From a virus: DNA of 49,743 nucleotides. This document shows positions 43,232 through 49,743 of this stretch, piece by piece. The stretch lies in the IMG/VR virus record IMGVR_UViG_3300045988_138037; one strand, 5' to 3'. Made by a program: the position numbers and the translations under genes. Each line of letters begins with the position of its first letter. The stretch's first letter is position 1. The notes beneath the pieces are model-generated. The model saw only the letters and a program-made list of their open reading frames with translations. It made no database searches and was not told where the DNA came from.

Positions 43232-45344
43232 TTCTAAAAAATATATGCCTACTGAAAAGGAAAGAAAACTTGTAGAGTGGGTGTATTCTAAATTTAAACA
43301 AGCATATGTTGCTAAAGCTCCACTTATGGACAAGTGGAAAGAATATATGAGTGCGTATAAAGGTACGTACTTCCAAAATAAGAACTTACCAGATTACAAA
43401 TCAAATGAGATAAGTAATCACGTATTTTCAACAATAGAAACTATAAGACCTATAATGACAGATAATAACCCTAAGTTCTTAGCAGTTCCTTCTACACCAC
43501 AAGGTATGGAATTTTCTGCCGATGTGCAAACTGCACTTGATTATGAATGGGATAGAGAGAAAATGTCTTTAAAACTTCCTGCACAACTTATACCAATGTT
43601 AGTATATGGAAACGCAGTATGGTTTGTTCAATGGGATGGTAAAGACGGTGAATACGGTAATATAAGTATAAAACCTGTTGACCCTTTCAATATATTTCCA
43701 GACCCATTGGCAGAAAGTGTTGACAATTCTGAATTTTTGGTTTATGCTACTTATAGAAACGCAAATCAAATCAAACAACAATTCCCAGAAAAAGCAAGTG
43801 CCATAGAAGGTTCACGTATAACAATGTCTGAATTAGTTGCCGAAAGAGATAATAACGATACACAAGATGCAAACCAAGTTTTAATACTTGAAATGTGGTG
43901 TCGTGATTGGGTAACAATGGACGAGTCGGTAGAAGGTAAAAAACAACTTAAATATCCTAAAGGAAGAGTTATAACGTGTTTACCAGAATTAGGTATCTTG
44001 TTATCTGATAAGAAAAACCCTTATAAAGATGGAAAATTCCCATTTGTACTTATGAAAAACTATGATATACCTTTTGAGTTTTGGGGTGTTGGAGAAATAG
44101 AACAAATAATGTCTCCTCAACACTATGTAAACGAACTTACAAATCAAATCATAGATAATGCTAAAAATACTGCTAATATGCAATGGATAATAGATAAAAA
44201 CTCTGGTATAGGACAAGGTAAACTTACTAACCGTCCAGGACTTGTTATAAGAAAGACTCCTGGTAGTGAAGTTAGAAGAGATACACCACCTGCTATGCCA
44301 AGTTATGTTAGAGAGCAAATAGAAGTTCTTAAAAAAGATATACAAGATATATCTGGAGTGTTTGACTCACTAAAAGGTGAGCAACAAGGTAGTGTAACTG
44401 CGGCGTCTGCAATACTTGCACTTCAAGAAGCATCTCAAGCACGTATACGTTTAAAAATAAAACTTATGGAAGCATCACTTTCTGAACTTGCTCAAATAGT
44501 TTATTCACGTATGCAACAGTTTTGGAAACTAGATAGATGGGTTAGAGTTACTGATGTAGAAGGTAATCCGTCGTTTAGAGAAATTGGTGCACAAGTTCTT
44601 TCAAATGATTATGACTTAAAAGTTATGGCAGGTTCTACAATGCCTGTAAATAGAAACGCTATGTTAGACTTAATGATTAGACTTGCTCAAACAAATGGTG
44701 AGGACGGTTTACCTCTTGTAGATAGAAAAGCCGTATTAGAGTTCTTACCAACAGGAGATAAGAAAGCTATAACAGATAGATTTGCAGAGCTTCAAGCTCA
44801 ACAACAACAAGCTCAACAAGAACAGTTACAACAAGAGCAACAAATGCAAATGCAACAAGCTCAACAACAAAAAGGTGAGTTAGACCAAAGTGTAACTGAA
44901 CAAGTAATGAGTATGTTACAACAAGTTGTTCAAGCGTCTGATTTGACTTCTAAACAAGTTGATGAACTTATAATGGATAAAGAACAAAGAGATAAGAAAG
45001 AGTATGAGTCTCAAATCGAAGAAAAAGGTTATAAGAGAGGATTAAAAGACGGTAAAGTGCAAAGTAAAGAAGAAGAGGAAGAAACGCCTACTGAGGAAAC
45101 TTCTGATGTGAATGAAGAAGAAAAGAAAATGTTAGAAGAACAATTACTTTCTGAAAATGCACAAATGGAAGAAGCACTTAACTCTCAACAAATACCAGAT
45201 GAAGTCTTAGAAGAGTTATTAGCTTTAGCTCAACAAGACCCAGAGATGTTTAGAGAGATATTACAAAACTATCCACAATTAGCAGAAATGCTACAACAAG
45301 ATATGCAAAATATGAATGGGGGAATGATTAATGAAGATATGTAA
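43221..45344 (+). CDS. Portal protein
   Basis: 707 aa, directly after the terminase genes and before the scaffold and capsid genes; Q/E-rich C-terminal tail. Confidence 0.75.
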   Translation: MSDNSKKYMPTEKERKLVEWVYSKFKQAYVAKAPLMDKWKEYMSAYKGTYFQNKNLPDYKSNEISNHVFSTIETIRPIMTDNNPKFLAVPSTPQGMEFSADVQTALDYEWDREKMSLKLPAQLIPMLVYGNAVWFVQWDGKDGEYGNISIKPVDPFNIFPDPLAESVDNSEFLVYATYRNANQIKQQFPEKASAIEGSRITMSELVAERDNNDTQDANQVLILEMWCRDWVTMDESVEGKKQLKYPKGRVITCLPELGILLSDKKNPYKDGKFPFVLMKNYDIPFEFWGVGEIEQIMSPQHYVNELTNQIIDNAKNTANMQWIIDKNSGIGQGKLTNRPGLVIRKTPGSEVRRDTPPAMPSYVREQIEVLKKDIQDISGVFDSLKGEQQGSVTAASAILALQEASQARIRLKIKLMEASLSELAQIVYSRMQQFWKLDRWVRVTDVEGNPSFREIGAQVLSNDYDLKVMAGSTMPVNRNAMLDLMIRLAQTNGEDGLPLVDRKAVLEFLPTGDKKAITDRFAELQAQQQQAQQEQLQQEQQMQMQQAQQQKGELDQSVTEQVMSMLQQVVQASDLTSKQVDELIMDKEQRDKKEYESQIEEKGYKRGLKDGKVQSKEEEEETPTEETSDVNEEEKKMLEEQLLSENAQMEEALNSQQIPDEVLEELLALAQQDPEMFREILQNYPQLAEMLQQDMQNMNGGMINEDM

Positions 45345-46125
45345 AATGAATTTACAAATGTTTGGTATGAACGATGATAGAGACTTCTTTACATCTGCTT
45401 TTAATGAAGCATATAGTATAACTGATAATACAGAAGCACCTTCTGAGCCAATAGAAGAGCCTGTAAGCGACTCTGTTGAGGAAGTTGAAGAAACACCTGT
45501 TGAAACAACTCCAGTGCCTTATAACCCAAATGACGATGAATTAAGAAGGTTGTATGAGGAGCGTTTTGGTAAAGAAGAAGAACCACAACAAGAAGTTAGT
45601 CCTGTGTATGATGAGGAAACTCAATCTGCACTTGATTTATATAAATATTTAGAACAAAACCCACATCTAGTTCAAGCTATGAGAAACGTAGATGTTGAAG
45701 GTTATACAAACTTAAATAACTTTGTTCCAGATGAATTAACTAAGAAGGTTAAAGAGATGGAAGAGTTTATTGAAGAACAAAGATACAACAGTTATGTATC
45801 TGGACTTAAAAACAAGTATTCTGATTTTGATGAAGATAAGGTTTTAGAATATGCAGAAAAACACGATGTTTTAAACTTAGAAGTAGCTTATAAAGCTATG
45901 AAAGCAGATAGTGTTAAAGAGCCAAATGTAGAAGAACTTAGAAAACAAATCAAAGAAGAGTTACTTAATGAACTTAAACAAAACTCCCTTGAGACACAAT
46001 CAATAGTTGGTGGAGTATCCCAAAAGCCTATCAAACAGGATGACAATGTTAATCTGTCAAGTAGAGAGTCAAGGATAGCGAAAGCTATGGGAATGACACC
46101 TAGCGAATATGCCAAGTGGAGATAA
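45331..46125 (+). CDS. Scaffolding protein with an L27-like N-terminal leader
   Basis: Acidic and helical, between portal and capsid. The N-terminus MKICKMNLQMFG resembles the Firmicute L27 leader (MLKLNLQFFA). Confidence 0.65.
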   Translation: MKICKMNLQMFGMNDDRDFFTSAFNEAYSITDNTEAPSEPIEEPVSDSVEEVEETPVETTPVPYNPNDDELRRLYEERFGKEEEPQQEVSPVYDEETQSALDLYKYLEQNPHLVQAMRNVDVEGYTNLNNFVPDELTKKVKEMEEFIEEQRYNSYVSGLKNKYSDFDEDKVLEYAEKHDVLNLEVAYKAMKADSVKEPNVEELRKQIKEELLNELKQNSLETQSIVGGVSQKPIKQDDNVNLSSRESRIAKAMGMTPSEYAKWR

Positions 46126-46163
46126 AATAAATAAAACATAACATAACAAAAGGAGCAAACAAT

Positions 46164-47192
46164 ATGCCAAAATTAAAAATGAACTTACAAATGTTTGGTG
46201 CACAAACACCAGTAGACCCAACAACAACTAACACTCACGTGTCTGAAAACTTTGGTAAATTATTATACCCAGGTTTAAGAAAGATATTCTTCGAGACTTA
46301 TGATGAGATACCAGAGCAATTCCCAAAAATATTCAACGTACAAACTTCTACTTCTGCAACTGAAACAGACCACGGAATGGGAGCATTTGGTGATTGGGAA
46401 GAAAGAACATCAGAAGTTAGCACAGTAGCATACGCTAAAATATCTGATGGTGGAGGTGTTACTTACACTCACAAGGCTTTCACTAAAGGTTTTATGATAG
46501 GTAGAGAATTATACGATGACGAAAAATATGGTCAAATGAAGAAAATGGCTAAAGCACTTGCTAGAGCAGGTAGAGCTAAAGTTGAAAGAGATGCTATAAC
46601 TGTTTTAACTAAAGGTTTCAAAGGAACAAGTGGTGCTTTCAAAGGTAGAGATGAAAAAGAGTTATTCCACGATGCTCATACATTAGTTGACTGTTCAAGT
46701 AAAACTTGTTCAAACTTAGTGAAAGGAGCTTTATCAAGAGAAACATTAAAAGAAGGATTAAAATTAATGAGAACTCAATTAGATGAAGCAGGTAACTTAA
46801 TACAAATGAAAGCTACTAAGTTAATAATACCTCCTGCTTTAGAAGATGAAGCTAGAAGAATATTACATTCTACACAAGTATCTGGAACTGAATTAAATGA
46901 TACAAACGAATACTTAAAGAGTGCAGGTCTTGAAATAGTAGTTCTTGACTACTTAGGAGAAGAAGCAGGTGGTTCTGATACTATGTGGTTCTTACAAGAC
47001 GGTTCAAGACACGAATTAAACTTCTTCTGGAGAGTTAAACCAGAGTTTAAAAATGAAGAAGATTTCGATACTTTCGTTGCTAAGTACAGAGGGTATATGA
47101 GATATTCTTACGGGTTCTCTGATTGGAGAGGTATGGTAGGTTCTAAAGGTGAAGCTGAACTTTCATCAACAGGTAGAGCTTCTAAAAAATAA
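46164..47192 (+). CDS. Major capsid protein with an L27-like N-terminal leader
   Basis: Position, size (342 aa) and a strong terminator downstream; N-terminus MPKLKMNLQMFGA. Confidence 0.75.
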   Translation: MPKLKMNLQMFGAQTPVDPTTTNTHVSENFGKLLYPGLRKIFFETYDEIPEQFPKIFNVQTSTSATETDHGMGAFGDWEERTSEVSTVAYAKISDGGGVTYTHKAFTKGFMIGRELYDDEKYGQMKKMAKALARAGRAKVERDAITVLTKGFKGTSGAFKGRDEKELFHDAHTLVDCSSKTCSNLVKGALSRETLKEGLKLMRTQLDEAGNLIQMKATKLIIPPALEDEARRILHSTQVSGTELNDTNEYLKSAGLEIVVLDYLGEEAGGSDTMWFLQDGSRHELNFFWRVKPEFKNEEDFDTFVAKYRGYMRYSYGFSDWRGMVGSKGEAELSSTGRASKK

Positions 47193-47206
47193 TAAAAATA
47201 TTTAAG

Positions 47207-47236
47207 GGGTAGGGAGTTAATCCCTACTCTTTTTTA
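47207..47236 (+). terminator. Rho-independent terminator after the capsid gene
   Basis: Stem gggtaggga/tccctactc with loop gttaa, followed by tttttt. Confidence 0.8.
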
Positions 47237-47250
47237 AAGGAGTTGATTAT

Positions 47251-47424
47251 ATGATAGAAGATAGATATATGCGTATGTTTGAACTAATCATACAAAGACA
47301 AAACGCTATAATGGATATGTTAAGTTCTTTTATGCAAGTATACGCTAAAGACAATAATCACGCTATCGAAGATGTAAGAGAGGAGTGTGAGTACATAAAT
47401 GACGTTGAAGGATTTGATAACTAG
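47251..47424 (+). CDS. Hypothetical small protein (57 aa; not in the ORF track)
   Basis: SD aaaggag 8 nt upstream; MIEDRYMRMFELIIQRQNAIMDMLSSF... Confidence 0.35.
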   Translation: MIEDRYMRMFELIIQRQNAIMDMLSSFMQVYAKDNNHAIEDVREECEYINDVEGFDN

Positions 47425-47815
47425 AGTTAGGCAATATACTCGAGATATTACAGGTTCACTATTTACACAAGATGATATAATCGCATTTATAAATGAAGGT
47501 GTAGACAGAACTAGACGTTATAAATATTTTAAAGGTATGAAGTATTTAACATCTCTTTCTGATGAGCCAATACTTTTACCTAGCGAGTATCATCATTTAC
47601 TTGCTATATATGGTGCTAGTAGATGTTTTACACAAGATGAACAAAACTACTTAGCTCAACAATTTATGAATGAATATGAGTACAAAACTTCTGAAATGGA
47701 ACAACTTATAAACGACGGAGAGCTTATTATAGAAGGTTATGATGAGAGTAATAATAAGCCATTTGATGCGGTTAAAGATGTGTATTTCACAAAATTTGTA
47801 TTAGGTGGTGAATAG
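47399..47815 (+). CDS. Head-tail adaptor/connector candidate
   Basis: Position after the capsid gene. The N-terminal pattern LKDLITRVRQYTRD...FTQDDIIAFINEGV resembles gp6-like connectors. Confidence 0.4.
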   Translation: MTLKDLITRVRQYTRDITGSLFTQDDIIAFINEGVDRTRRYKYFKGMKYLTSLSDEPILLPSEYHHLLAIYGASRCFTQDEQNYLAQQFMNEYEYKTSEMEQLINDGELIIEGYDESNNKPFDAVKDVYFTKFVLGGE

Positions 47816-49667
47816 TATGTTTAATAGCAAATCATTCATAAACAACTCTTCTGTTCCCTCATCACCTCAAAGAATAACTTTTACTGTTAAGAACTTTACA
47901 GGAGGACTTAATAATACATCTTCTCCTTCGAGACTTAACGACAATGAAAGCCCTAATCTGTTAAATGTACGTTTTAGAAAAGACGGTTTACTTGAAAAAA
48001 GAAGTGGTTTAACTAAATACACATTTCACAACCCTGCACATAACATAGAAGGTAAATTACGTAGATTATGGGTATTAAGACCAGAACCAGGAGTTGAGAC
48101 TTTATTAATGCACGTTGATGAGAATTTTGTGTATGTTAGGTCTGATGGAACTCCAATATTTATACCGTGGGGACAAGATGGTGTATATAAACCTGTTAGT
48201 GGTGTTCAATTTATGGACAAGTTCTTCTTAGTTGATGGGGCAAATCATATAAGATTTTTCAAACTAGAAGATTTAGAAACTATGGATTTACCACGTATAT
48301 ACTTTATATCTACACCCCCTTATGAATATACTCCTAACCCTAAACCTGCCACAAAAGGGGAGTGGAAAGAAGAACAATTTAGAGACCATAGGTGGAGAGC
48401 TTGGTATGAACCTTGCCAATACGAATTAGAGGATGGTTACAAAGGTACTAATATGCAAACTAACAAATGTAATATGCTTATAGTACATAAAGATAGACTT
48501 TATGCCACAGGTAATCCAGACGACCCTAATATGGTTTATATAAGTGATATACTTAATCCGTTTTACTTCCCTGCATCACTTCCTGTACAACTACCTCCTA
48601 ATGGAGATAAGATAAACTGCATGAGAGTATTTGCCGACTCTATAATATTTGGTAGAGATAAAGATGTTTACGCTTTACACGGTAATACAAATAGAGGTAC
48701 AGAAGAAGCATATACGCTTAAAAAGATAAATACTCATACAGGCATAGTAAACGACCATTGTGCAGATGTGATACATAACTTTATGTTCTACGTAGGAACT
48801 GACGGTAACTGTTATAAACTTAAAACAACTAACTCTAGTGAATTAATACTTGCTACACAACAACTTAATACAAAAGTCAATCTATTTGAAAAACCTATAA
48901 GTAAAAACATTTGGGATATACGTAATTGCCACACAGGTTACGATCCATATAATGGTGAATGGTGGATACAGTTAGGTGATTTGAGCCTTATATATAATTA
49001 TCAATTAATGGCTTGGACTGTTTACTCTGGTACTGAAAACGTAATAATGTTTAACTATCACGATAAGTTTTTATTAGGTAGAGATAGAAGTGAAATAATG
49101 TATTTTGACGATAGTGTATGTTATGACTACGATTATGAATATCCAGAGTTAAAACTCCCTATACCTTGTTATTGGACTTCTAAAGACATAGATTTTGGTT
49201 CTCCTATACGTATTAAACAAATCAGAGATACATATGTTGTATCGGAAGTATACGATAATAAGCGTTGTGATGTGAGAGTTAAGTATGATATAGATTATGT
49301 TTCTGTTGAAAATGAAAACAGAATAGAAAGTGAAATAGCACTTTGGGACAAGGCTATTTGGGATAAGAGTAGATTTATAGCATCTAATATATCTCGTTCA
49401 CTACCGATAATGGTTGGTAGACGTGGTAAAACATTTAAGATATGGATAGGTAATGGTTACAAGTTTAAAGACTATGTAACAGAGCTTCCACATCAACAAG
49501 AAACAGATGTTGGTGATTTGTTCTATTGTAACGGTAAATTTTACGTAAGACAACCTAGAAACTATGAAACTAGAGAGTATTATAGAGAACTTGAAGAAGA
49601 AGAACTTTATCAACCAATGAGAATATATGAAATAAGTGGTCTGTACGAATTTAAAGGTTACAGATAA
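47805..49667 (+). CDS. Tail nozzle/tubular protein candidate (beta-propeller-like repeats)
   Basis: Recurrent blade-like segments (DKFFLVDGANHIRFF, DRLYATGNPDDPNMVYISD, SIIFGRDKDVYAL, FMFYVGTDGNCYKL); position as for T7 gp12. An alternative ATG start lies at 47817. Confidence 0.4.
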   Translation: MVNSMFNSKSFINNSSVPSSPQRITFTVKNFTGGLNNTSSPSRLNDNESPNLLNVRFRKDGLLEKRSGLTKYTFHNPAHNIEGKLRRLWVLRPEPGVETLLMHVDENFVYVRSDGTPIFIPWGQDGVYKPVSGVQFMDKFFLVDGANHIRFFKLEDLETMDLPRIYFISTPPYEYTPNPKPATKGEWKEEQFRDHRWRAWYEPCQYELEDGYKGTNMQTNKCNMLIVHKDRLYATGNPDDPNMVYISDILNPFYFPASLPVQLPPNGDKINCMRVFADSIIFGRDKDVYALHGNTNRGTEEAYTLKKINTHTGIVNDHCADVIHNFMFYVGTDGNCYKLKTTNSSELILATQQLNTKVNLFEKPISKNIWDIRNCHTGYDPYNGEWWIQLGDLSLIYNYQLMAWTVYSGTENVIMFNYHDKFLLGRDRSEIMYFDDSVCYDYDYEYPELKLPIPCYWTSKDIDFGSPIRIKQIRDTYVVSEVYDNKRCDVRVKYDIDYVSVENENRIESEIALWDKAIWDKSRFIASNISRSLPIMVGRRGKTFKIWIGNGYKFKDYVTELPHQQETDVGDLFYCNGKFYVRQPRNYETREYYRELEEEELYQPMRIYEISGLYEFKGYR

Positions 49668-49681
49668 CGGAAAGGATAACT

Positions 49682-49743
49682 ATGAAAGAAAAAGAATTAA
49701 AAGAATTAAAACTTACTAAAAACATCATCATACCTTTTCCTAA
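49682..49743 (+). CDS. 5' end of the collagen-like tail fibre gene; continues in frame across the circular junction into 90..2405
   Basis: The ATG at 49682 is preceded by SD gaaagga. [32 protein letters not shown] joins MNDNFEE... in the same frame (32 extra codons). Confidence 0.65.
   Translation, partial: MKEKELKELKLTKNIIIPFP
49689..49743. repeat. 55-bp terminal direct repeat identical to 1..55
   Basis: Exact string identity with the window start. Confidence 0.95.

Overview
The window appears to be one complete phage genome. Bases 1..55 are identical to 49689..49743, an assembly-type overlap, so the unique length is 49,688 bp. The sequence is visibly AT-rich, and no integrase, tail tube, sheath or tape-measure gene was recognised. 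Gene order on the + strand follows a T7-like podovirus layout: small and large terminase, a DUF2829 protein, portal, scaffold, major capsid, adaptor, beta-propeller nozzle, collagen-like fibre, two large internal-protein candidates, holin, a second fibre and an amidase/SPOR endolysin. The first fibre gene runs across the window ends. The - strand (15.1-39.1 kb) carries early, replication and nucleotide-metabolism genes: DnaE, DnaG-like primase, DnaB, a gp32-like SSB, RusA, a Cas4-like nuclease, a dimeric dUTPase, FolD, YopX and HTH regulators. One tRNA-Trp(CCA) lies at 14708..14781 (-).

The main hunt results are as follows.
1. A phage-borne ubiquitin-like conjugation set at 29.1-34.7 kb. It comprises a tandem beta-grasp Ubl protein, an E2-like HPH..C protein with a RING-like zinc-ribbon array, a JAMM peptidase and a minimal ThiF-type E1.
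2. A phage-encoded HTH-Prp cysteine protease, plus an identical L27-like leader (MNLQMFG) on the scaffold, the major capsid protein and, unexpectedly, the SSB.
3. A dense cluster of seven DnaA boxes at 15510..15678.
4. Two GC-rich, stop-poor non-coding islands (about 35.54-35.83 kb and 39.34-40.01 kb) that look like structured RNA genes, flanked by helically phased ACGT-core iterons.
5. A conserved hairpin element of about 52 bp upstream of two early genes.

All functional calls rest on motif reading by eye. No database search was run.
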